The notes below the pieces were generated by a model that worked only from the letters and a program-made list of their open reading frames with translations, did not search any database and was not told where the DNA came from. The position numbers and the translations under genes were made by a program. 64,000 bases of DNA. Origin: Candidatus Poribacteria bacterium. Its GTDB lineage: Bacteria; Poribacteria; WGA-4E; PCPOR2b. The stretch covers positions 3,296,001-3,360,000 of the forward strand of contig OZ242326.1 in assembly GCA_965208325.1 (NCBI GenBank), written 5' to 3'. Below are positions 10,602 through 18,759 of the stretch, piece after piece (the stretch's first letter is position 1; every line of letters begins with the position of its first letter).

Positions 10602-11240
10602 TGTTTACTTACCCCCAATGTTTAGACAGTTATGCTTGTTGATTAAGATGCAATTGCTAGGCAATCCGGCTATGCTTCAACACCTAGGTTTTTTGAAAAT
10701 ACACCTCGTGAGGTGTTCTAGTGTTGAGCGACGTATGAAGCCGCTCCTCATTATAAAACTTGAAATTGTTGTTCAAGCCACACCAAGCCGTGTGAACCGA
10801 GTCATAAGCGTGTAGATAGACATGTTCATACTTGACGGTCCGCCAGAGACGCTCAATGAAAATGTTGTCAAACACGCTGCCGGTACCAGTCCAACTGATG
10901 CGTATGTTAGCCGATTCGTAAAGGCATCTGACGTGAACTGCGCGCCCTGGTCGCTATTGAATATCAAAGGCCGAGAAGAACTCAATGCCCGTTCCAGTGC
11001 CGATAGACAAAAGTAATCGTCTAGTGTATTTGACAATTCCCATGATAACACATATCGAGAGTACCAATCTATAATCGCCACTAGATACACAAAGCCGGTG
11101 TTCAAGCGGATATAGGTGATATCAGTTGCCCATACCTGGTCCGGTCGAGTGATAATTGAATCCTTCAGTAAATAAGCATACTTTTTCGACAGCCTGCCGT
11201 GCTTGGAGAGATTCGGCGTGGGAAAGATTGGGCTGATGTC
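10602..11240 (-). mobile_element. IS3-family transposase remnant (OrfB 3' half, frameshifted) with right end
   Basis: RPDQVWATDITYI, FNSDQGAQFTS, then DNIFIERLWRTVKYE...YNEERLHTSL in another frame. IS3-like end CTGTCTAAACATTGGGGGTAAGTAAACA terminates at ~10602. The 5' half is missing. Confidence 0.9.
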
Positions 11241-11251
11241 TCGCTGCCGTT

Positions 11252-11364
11252 CTTTCAGTCCGCTTTTCATCGCGGTAGAGGTTGTTACGCGTGTAATGAG
11301 TAATACGTAATGCGTAATTTATTAGAGCTTTGAGTGCGCTTTTGATTGCAGTATAGCTAGTGTC
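11252..11364 (-). CRISPR. Detached mini-array: degenerate repeat, 39-nt spacer, perfect repeat
   Basis: Perfect 37-nt repeat at 11252-11288, spacer at 11289-11327, degenerate copy at 11328-11364 (27/37 identity by manual alignment). About 90-100 nt of non-repeat sequence separates it from the main array. Confidence 0.8.
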
Positions 11365-11466
11365 CGGCGGTGGAAAACTTTCTTGCCCACGAAGTCACAT
11401 TACTCTGAATGTGTAGTGATGTAGTAGAAACAAGACTATCGCCTTCGCTATCCGCTCAGTTGATCC

Positions 11467-14400
11467 CTTTTCATCGCGGTAGAGGTTGTTACACTGCCAA
11501 GGTGCAATACCCAACTCTCATTGCGGGCTTTCAGTCCGCTTTTCATCGCGGTAGAGGTTGTTACAGAACAGGAGACGGAACGGCGCAAACTCCGCAGAAT
11601 CGCCTTTCAGTCCGCTTTCCATCGCGGTAGAGGTTGTTACCTGTACCCAGAGAATGACGATGAGATCTACGTGCACTTTCAGTCCGCTTTTCATCGCGGT
11701 AGAGGTTGTTACTCAATCCCACGCTTGACTTTCTTCTCGATACTCTTAAACTTTCAGTCCGCTTTTCATCGCGGTAGAGGTTGTTACTTATCAATTCGAT
11801 TTGAATCTGCGGCGGTTTTCAACTTTCAGTCCGCTTTTCATCGCGGTAGAGGTTGTTACGCAAGCCAAGACAGAATAATCTAATAGCAAAGTATGAACTT
11901 TCAGTCCGCTTTTCATCGCGGTAGAGGTTGTTACTCCCTTTATCTCGGTGTGTCTGTAGACACTAAATTGCTTTCAGTCCGCTTTTCATCGCGGTAGAGG
12001 TTGTTACCCAATTCTGCGTTGGTTATCAGTTTTCTAAATAATCTTTCAGTCCGCTTTTCATCGCGGTAGAGGTTGTTACGTCAACACGAGGGCAGGCACA
12101 ACGCACCACCAGAACTTTCAGTCCGCTTTTCATCGCGGTAGAGGTTGTTACTCTTGTTGATAGCATCCTGTTCTAACCCGTAGGCGACTTTCAGTCCGCT
12201 TTTCATCGCGGTAGAGGTTGTTACTGACTTGAATGAACTGGACATGTATCCGGTTCTGCATTTCTTCTTTCAGTCCGCTTTTCATCGCGGTAGAGGTTGT
12301 TACAGACAGTAGTTGGGCGTTTGGGCAACTAGATAGCGTCGCTTTCAGTCCGCTTTTCATCGCGGTAGAGGTTGTTACTAGTAGCTGCAGATAGGGTAGG
12401 GAGACGATGGATACTTTCAGTCCGCTTTTCATCGCGGTAGAGGTTGTTACCCGCGAGATTTGGGAGTTCCGCGCGGAATAGGTGCGCTTTCAGTCCGCTT
12501 TTCATCGCGGTAGAGGTTGTTACTAATTGATAACTCAATCTTCAAGCCAGATATGCCAAGCTTTCAGTCCGCTTTTCATCGCGGTAGAGGTTGTTACCAA
12601 TTCGACAGGCTGCGAATGAAACATCAGATCCATCTTTCAGTCCGCTTTTCATCGCGGTAGAGGTTGTTACGAAGAATCTCATGCCGTGAACCCTGAAGAT
12701 ATTTTGCTTTCAGTCCGCTTTTCATCGCGGTAGAGGTTGTTACTTGAATTGCCGCTTGCAGAAAACGCATTTGTGTTTTTGCTTTCAGTCCGCTTTTCAT
12801 CGCGGTAGAGGTTGTTACATGCAATGTTTCACTTGTGACAAGTCGGGCGCGGGTCTTTCAGTCCGCTTTTCATCGCGGTAGAGGTTGTTACCTAATACTT
12901 GCGAACGGGCGAAACACACGGCGCAATGCTTTCAGTCCGCTTTTCATCGCGGTAGAGGTTGTTACTCCAATTTTAGTGTCAGTTTTAGGGATTCTTTATT
13001 CTCTTTCAGTCCGCTTTTCATCGCGGTAGAGGTTGTTACTCTTTCGTCTGTACGCCTCCCGTTAAAGTGAAAAACTTTCAGTCCGCTTTTCATCGCGGTA
13101 GAGGTTGTTACCCGATAGGGGCGGTGGCACAGGCAACTTGATTGAACTTTCAGTCCGCTTTTCATCGCGGTAGAGGTTGTTACAATTCGCACGGCTTGAT
13201 TGAAGTATTTAAGAAGTTGGACTTTCAGTCCGCTTTTCATCGCGGTAGAGGTTGTTACAAAGTGAGCACCTTTGGATTCAGCTCTTTCTATTATCTTTCA
13301 GTCCGCTTTTCATCGCGGTAGAGGTTGTTACTTCTAACGTCAACCCGGCGGCGAACACAATTCGATCTTTCAGTCCGCTTTTCATCGCGGTAGAGGTTGT
13401 TACCACTAATCAGGTCGCTGAATATGAAAGCCTTTACGATCTTTCAGTCCGCTTTTCATCGCGGTAGAGGTTGTTACTTGCTAGAGCTGTACGAGAACGA
13501 GCCCATCGAAGAGTCTTTCAGTCCGCTTTTCATCGCGGTAGAGGTTGTTACTATGAAGAACCCTAGTATCTCTATTACCACCTACGGTACTTTCAGTCCG
13601 CTTTTCATCGCGGTAGAGGTTGTTACCCAAGTAGAAAAGAGTTCAAGGCTAGACTTACGAATCTTTCAGTCCGCTTTTCATCGCGGTAGAGGTTGTTACT
13701 CGCGTTGCCCTGTGGCGTGTCAATACGCTTCAGTGGTATCTTTCAGTCCGCTTTTCATCGCGGTAGAGGTTGTTACCTTTGTCTTGAACCGTCGCCCCCG
13801 CCATGCCTGATTCGCTTTCAGTCCGCTTTTCATCGCGGTAGAGGTTGTTACGCAAACCTTTGTGACTTTGCAAAGGTTAAGAAAACGCTTTCAGTCCGCT
13901 TTTCATCGCGGTAGAGGTTGTTACCAGAAATGTTGACATTCATACGGGCGACACGATAAGCTTTCAGTCCGCTTTTCATCGCGGTAGAGGTTGTTACTCA
14001 AGATCTTCCGTGCTGTTAATGACGTTGTTTTTACTTTCAGTCCGCTTTTCATCGCGGTAGAGGTTGTTACCTACTTTCCCCCTAGCCGGCACAAGACATG
14101 CTTCACCTTTCAGTCCGCTTTTCATCGCGGTAGAGGTTGTTACACATCACCTATCGGTGTACGGGAATGTCCTAGAGTCTTTCAGTCCGCTTTTCATCGC
14201 GGTAGAGGTTGTTACACGGATTCACGGGCGAAAAATTTTCACTGCCTTGACTTTCAGTCCGCTTTTCATCGCGGTAGAGGTTGTTACTTTCTAACACGGA
14301 CCCGAAAAGTAACACGATTCGATCTTTCAGTCCGCTTTTCATCGCGGTAGAGGTTGTTACCACGGTTCATGCGCGGAGTCGAGCCGGTCGTTGCGCGTCT

Positions 14401-14506
14401 TTCAGTCCGCTTTTCATCGCGGTAGAGGTTGTTACTTGGACGCCGCCTCAAACACGTCGAGATCGAGCACTTTCAGTCCGCTTTTCATCGCGGTAGAGGT
14501 TGTTAC
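11467..14506 (-). CRISPR. CRISPR array: 41 full 37-nt repeats plus one truncated trailer repeat
   Basis: Plus-strand repeat CTTTCAGTCCGCTTTTCATCGCGGTAGAGGTTGTTAC (minus strand GTAACAACCTCTACCGCGATGAAAAGCGGACTGAAAG, CCGC/GCGG stem). Counted from 11528 to 14506; spacers ~34-42 nt; one variant repeat at 11604. The 3' TGAAAG end and left-side degeneration indicate minus-strand transcription. Confidence 0.99.
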
Positions 14507-14899
14507 CGACCTCGTGTAGTAAAGTAAAGATTGGACAAACACAGCAGCAATCCACGTTTGTAAGTTTTATCTCCTATCATGACGGATACACCTTGTTATG
14601 TCGATGGTTTAGTGTTAATGTGCGGCGATTTGAGTTACCGTCTATATTGAAGGCATTCTCGCTCGAATTTTCGCAAATCTACTGATTTCTAACGAATACC
14701 GGCATAACTCGTTTTACGCCGAGCTAGTCCGTCGAAAATCGGGCTAAAGTTGACCTAAATCCGCAATTCTAATCTCGTTTACGTGCGGCAACATTCCCAA
14801 AAAAAGCCTGTCAACCCGCGTTGTGTCTGGATTTTACCCAATAATAAATCTTTCGCAAATCGCCCCAATTATTCCGCAGAAAAACGATTTGCGAAACGC
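14507..14899 (-). promoter_or_regulatory. CRISPR leader
   Basis: Non-coding region between the cas4 stop and the non-degenerate end of the array. Confidence 0.75.
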
Positions 14900-15472
14900 T
14901 CACAATACATCGGCGCAGAACCTGCGAAATTCACACTCAACGCATTTTCCGCGCTGCGGCGTCGGCGAAGGCATTCGCTCGTGTGATAACATAGCCCGTA
15001 TCTGAGCGATACTGTCGAGGGTTTTTCGCCGCAACGCGTCTGAAATCGGTACAGCTGTGATTCGCTTTGTAGGAAACCGATAGATGAAACCTTGGGATAC
15101 TGTTTGGCCGAGGCATTCCTCCACCATCATGGCATACGCAGTCAACTGATATTTGGCATTGAGATTCAGCCTCTGCCTTGTGGACTTAAACTCAACTGGA
15201 AATGCGCCTTCATTTGCCTCAATGAGCAGGTCAAGCACGCCAGTCAATCCGAGAGCGTCCGCGTTCAGTGTGACATGAAACTTGCGGCTTCCCGATTCCA
15301 ACCCATACCGAGAGAGAAGGCGGCGCCGCTCCAAGACACTGAGCACCTCGTGTTTAACCGCGCCGTGCTGCATCGGATGCGTGACAGGGCGGTGGACCGG
15401 CGTGAAGTAGGTGTGATAGACCACCCGCGGGCAGTAGAAGTATTGTTTGATGTCACTCACACGTATTTTCAT
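14900..15472 (-). CDS. cas4: CRISPR-associated exonuclease Cas4
   Basis: YCPR, GVLDLL, PVEFK, QLTAYA, C-terminal CVECEFRRFC Fe-S cysteines. Start trimmed to MKIRVSD (AAGGA upstream). Confidence 0.95.
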   Translation of the reverse strand: MKIRVSDIKQYFYCPRVVYHTYFTPVHRPVTHPMQHGAVKHEVLSVLERRRLLSRYGLESGSRKFHVTLNADALGLTGVLDLLIEANEGAFPVEFKSTRQRLNLNAKYQLTAYAMMVEECLGQTVSQGFIYRFPTKRITAVPISDALRRKTLDSIAQIRAMLSHERMPSPTPQRGKCVECEFRRFCADVL

Positions 15473-15511
15473 TCTTGGTTCCTTATAAAATCGCGGTGCA
15501 AAAGAATAGGA

Positions 15512-15543
15512 GAAACCGAGTTTTGGGGAAAAAACTCGGTTTT
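15512..15543. repeat. REP-like palindrome (family A) between cas2 and cas4
   Basis: GAAACCGAGTTTT-ggggaa-AAAACTCGGTTT. Confidence 0.85.
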
Positions 15544-15557
15544 TGCCGTTAGAATAT

Positions 15558-15809
15558 TCATTCTCCGAACTCTTCAATGACGGTTCGTTTGTCGTAATCT
15601 TTTGCACATACACTCATGACTTCGATTACTCCCTCTGCTTTGCCGAGTTGAACTGCCAGTTTTTCCTCCAATGCGCGCCGCCGTGTCGTGTTAATGTCGC
15701 CGCGGAACGCGCTGTATTGGATTCGGTGTAAGCCGTAATCGAGGCAAACATCGGCGATTTTTTTGCGGATACGGTCATTGACGATGTCGTAGATGACGTA
15801 GGTTTGCAT
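15558..15809 (-). CDS. cas2: CRISPR-associated endonuclease Cas2
   Basis: YVIYDI...R.KIADVCLDYGLHRIQYSAF. Confidence 0.95.
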   Translation of the reverse strand: MQTYVIYDIVNDRIRKKIADVCLDYGLHRIQYSAFRGDINTTRRRALEEKLAVQLGKAEGVIEVMSVCAKDYDKRTVIEEFGE

Positions 15810-15818
15810 GGGGAAGAC

Positions 15819-15940
15819 TAATGAGTAATGCGTAATGAGTAATGAGTAATGCGTAATGCGTAATGAGTAATGCGTAATGAGTAATGCGTAATGAGTAATG
15901 CGTAATGAGTAATGCGTAATGAGTAATACGTAATGCGTAA
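15819..15940. repeat. Heptamer tandem repeat TAATG(A/C)G, 17 units
   Basis: Read directly: 122 nt = 17x7+3, with one TAATACG variant. Confidence 0.95.
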
Positions 15941-15953
15941 AAGTGCGATGCGA

Positions 15954-15986
15954 GAAACAGAGTTTTGAAGAAAAAAACTCGGTTTC
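15954..15986. repeat. REP-like palindrome (family A) between cas1 and cas2
   Basis: GAAACAGAGTTTTGAAGAAAAAAACTCGGTTTC. Confidence 0.8.
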
Positions 15987-15999
15987 AAGAATTTGCCCA

Positions 16000-17100
16000 T
16001 TACCATGTGGCGATGAAGGGTTGATAGTCCCGTTCGCGGCGTAGGAACATTGCCAGGTGTCGGGCTTGGACTTGAATGATGTTGCAGAGTTTTTGTTCCT
16101 TACGCTCGAACCGCTCGGTTTCCTGTAATCGCCCTAACACACGGCCGGCAATTGCGCGGCGGGTTTCCCGGCTTAGTCGGCGCTGCGAGGGCGTATCTGC
16201 CGCCTCATTGGATGCTGAGGATTGGTGAGCGGCTTTTGCGGCTTCGCTGTCTGGCTCTTCCCACTCGACGTTGAATCTTTTGTTAATCATGGCGAACACA
16301 ACCCTATCCACGACGGACTGGCGGAACTCTTCGATAAAGTCTAACACTAACGACGGTTTGCCGGGACGGTCGACATGCAGGAACCCCGCAAACGGTTCGA
16401 GTCCGGCGAGTGACAGCGCGCTCCAGACTTGCGAGTAGAGCATCCCGTAGCCGTAGTTTAGCAGTGCGTTGACATCATCGACTGCGCCGCGATGGTTTCG
16501 GGTGGTGAAGCGTCCGGCGGGCAGTAGGCGTTGGACGCATTCCCAGTAGAGCGCGCCGGCGCGTCCTTCGAGATTAAGGAGCGTCGATCGCATCGCATCA
16601 ACCGGTGTGGTGGTATCGGCGGGCGTTTCCAGAGCGCTCAACTCCGACAGAATCGCCTCAATTTTTGCAATGCGTTCCATGAGTTCACCAAATTTTTTTG
16701 GTGCTTGTTTCTTGCGGTATTTTCCGAAATATCGGACGAGGTTTACTTGATTCTTCAGCTTGCCCGCTGCGAACCGTTTGGCAATCTCCAATCCGCGCTC
16801 GTCGTGGTAGGCGGCGAGTTGTTCGCGTCTTGAGATTACGGTGGCGGTAAGGGATGGGCTGTTGAGTTTCGCGTACGGTTTTCCGTTGAAGCTGAGGAAC
16901 GAGATTTCGATGCCGCGTTCGGTACACGCTTCAATCAGGTCTGAAGAGACACTGACCCCGCGCGAGGCGATAACAATCTGGTCGAGATCCATAAGAGCGT
17001 GTTCCTCTTTACCACGCTCCTTGTCTCGGTATCGGACACTGACACGCTCGGAGTGTTTGCCGAGATAGGTGCCGTAATCGGAGATAGTGAGTTGGTTCAT
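16000..17100 (-). CDS. cas1: CRISPR-associated integrase Cas1
   Basis: LEGRAGALYW, NALLNYGYGMLY, GFLHVDRPGKPSLVLDFIEEFR catalytic motifs. Confidence 0.97.
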   Translation of the reverse strand: MNQLTISDYGTYLGKHSERVSVRYRDKERGKEEHALMDLDQIVIASRGVSVSSDLIEACTERGIEISFLSFNGKPYAKLNSPSLTATVISRREQLAAYHDERGLEIAKRFAAGKLKNQVNLVRYFGKYRKKQAPKKFGELMERIAKIEAILSELSALETPADTTTPVDAMRSTLLNLEGRAGALYWECVQRLLPAGRFTTRNHRGAVDDVNALLNYGYGMLYSQVWSALSLAGLEPFAGFLHVDRPGKPSLVLDFIEEFRQSVVDRVVFAMINKRFNVEWEEPDSEAAKAAHQSSASNEAADTPSQRRLSRETRRAIAGRVLGRLQETERFERKEQKLCNIIQVQARHLAMFLRRERDYQPFIATW

Positions 17101-17278
17101 TTTCTCTTTCCTTTCAATCTAATTGCATAGAATAATCTCGAAGTGTTTTCTTAATCCTTGCGCGAATGCCGAAATTCAGGTACACTTTAAAGACGATTGA
17201 CCAATCGTTGAACCCCGTGCAACTGCCCTGCAACACTACGCCATTTTCGACACACGATTGATGCAAAGGACCCAATTA

Positions 17279-17560
17279 ATGTGCCAACAACCCAATACTT
17301 ACAGATTTCTTGAAGCCCGTCCGAATCATTGGCGCCGGCAACTCTGGATAAAGGGTAGAAACATGACCGTTTGGCACCTTATCGCCGCCATGCGCACCGA
17401 ACGCGAGACTCTTGAGGGTACTGCCAAAAACTTTGAGTTGCCGCTTGAAGCGGTCCTTGAAGCAACACACTACTATGTCCTCCACAAAGACATTGTCGAA
17501 GCCGACACGAAAGAGGAGAAGCGCATTCTCACCGAAGAATTCGGTTATCACTTGGATTAA
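17279..17560 (+). CDS. DUF433-like antitoxin
   Basis: WRRQLWIKGRNMTVWHL...AKNFELPLEAVLEATHYY HTH pattern; ends 2 nt before the PIN-like gene. Confidence 0.7.
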   Translation: MCQQPNTYRFLEARPNHWRRQLWIKGRNMTVWHLIAAMRTERETLEGTAKNFELPLEAVLEATHYYVLHKDIVEADTKEEKRILTEEFGYHLD

Positions 17561-17562
17561 CC

Positions 17563-17931
17563 ATGTCTTTCACAATCTACCTTGAAGATTGTTCTGATGA
17601 TAACCGTCTAATCCATTCCCTCACGCTGGCAGGACACTCCGTTATATCACCCCGATCGACAAATACAAAAGACTTGGAGGATGCCGACCACCTCCGCTAC
17701 GCCGCAGCTCATGGTTACTGTGTCCTTACCCATAACCCCGCAGATTTTCGCCGATTACACCGTGATTGGCAGGATCGAGGATATACGCATTCGGGAATTT
17801 TTATTATCTACCGTGACAACAACATTCGCAAGGATATGAACAATATTGACATCGTCAGGTCCATCGCAAACCTGTCGGCTTCAAACTTACCTATCGCCAA
17901 CGAAATCCACATCCTCAATCAGTGGCGATAG
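17563..17931 (+). CDS. DUF5615 PIN-like (VapC45-type) toxin
   Basis: IYLEDCSD, L..AGH.V, D.DHL.YA, VLTHNPADF, HSGI motifs. Confidence 0.8.
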   Translation: MSFTIYLEDCSDDNRLIHSLTLAGHSVISPRSTNTKDLEDADHLRYAAAHGYCVLTHNPADFRRLHRDWQDRGYTHSGIFIIYRDNNIRKDMNNIDIVRSIANLSASNLPIANEIHILNQWR

Positions 17932-17956
17932 TAGCTTCAAAGCAGGCACGAGGCGC

Positions 17957-18255
17957 ATGTTAATTGCGCTAGCCCGACCAAGAAGGGCAAACCGATCAAC
18001 CGACTGAATAAAGAGGGCGATAGAAATTCCGCAGCGAACGAGGCCGAAATTAACGCGGCGGCAGTATCGGACCCCGACGCCCAGCCGACAGATAAGGCTT
18101 TCTGGAGTGATGCCGAGGTTGTAATTCCCGAACCTAAACACGCTATTTCTCTGCGCGTCGACAGCGATGTGCTCAAGTGGTTCAAATCTCAGGGCAAAGG
18201 TTACCAGACCCGTATGAACGCCGTGTTGCGGGCGTATATGGAAACACATCAATAG
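17957..18255 (+). pseudogene. BrnA-family antitoxin with disrupted 5' end and no BrnT partner
   Basis: Hand translation: EAEINAAAVSDPDAQPTDKAFWSDAEVVIPEPKHAISLRVDSDVLKWFKSQGKGYQTRMNAVLRAYMETHQ*. The upstream ATG (17957) is out of frame and stops at ...STD*. Confidence 0.75.
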
Positions 18256-18321
18256 GAAGCGCCCAGCCGAGTTTGAAACATAAACCGTGCCGCTTAGGCG
18301 CAATTTTTACGCGTCCACACT

Positions 18322-18354
18322 GAAACCGAGTTTTTTCTTTCAAAACTCGGTTTC
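18322..18354. repeat. REP-like palindrome (family A), opposite orientation
   Basis: GAAACCGAGTTTTTTCTTTCAAAACTCGGTTTC. Confidence 0.85.
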
Positions 18355-18371
18355 TTTCGACACGTACAATT

Positions 18372-18476
18372 TATGACGAATTCGGAGCTAGGTTCGCGAC
18401 GTTTCGCGAAACGCCGACAAACTATCTGTGGGCGTACGAGGTGCGAGTTAAGGACCCAGACGGTCACAACCTGTGA
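18372..18476 (+). pseudogene. VOC/glyoxalase-family C-terminal fragment
   Basis: YDEFGARFATFRETPTNYLWAYEVRVKDPDGHNL*; contains the DPDG motif; no start codon. Confidence 0.5.
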
Positions 18477-18639
18477 TTCAGGTTTTAACCGAAAAATGAT
18501 GAACGGTGCAGCGAGTCGCATCTTTGAGATGATGACTTGTTTGCGATCGGTTTCTTACGCTGAACGTTCCGTATTTTTCCCAAATTTTTATTAGACATTA
18601 GTATGTTCAACTAGCATACTTAAACTGATGCAGGCTTAC

Positions 18640-18739
18640 AGAAACCGAGTTTTTTCCGGAGTAGAAACGCGAAATTGACGAAAATCGGGGCAATTTACCT
18701 TTTTTGATTTAGCATTCGTTAACCAAAAACTCGGTTTCT
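18640..18739. repeat. 100-bp element with family A arms as terminal inverted repeats (REPIN/MITE-like)
   Basis: AGAAACCGAGTTTTT (18640-18654) ... AAAAACTCGGTTTCT (18725-18739), 20 nt past the cas3 stop. Confidence 0.75.
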
Positions 18740-18759
18740 CTGCATACGTAGGGATTGCA

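Noticed and set aside
11493..11527. 11-nt match (CAATACCCAAC) between this spacer and the WYL promoter region (~27415-27425)
   Set aside because: Too short, not in the seed, and expected by chance given ~40 spacers and 64 kb.
11409..14685. Many short ORFs (FQSAFHRGRGCY / VTTSTAMKSGLK)
   Set aside because: These are translations of the CRISPR repeat, not genes.
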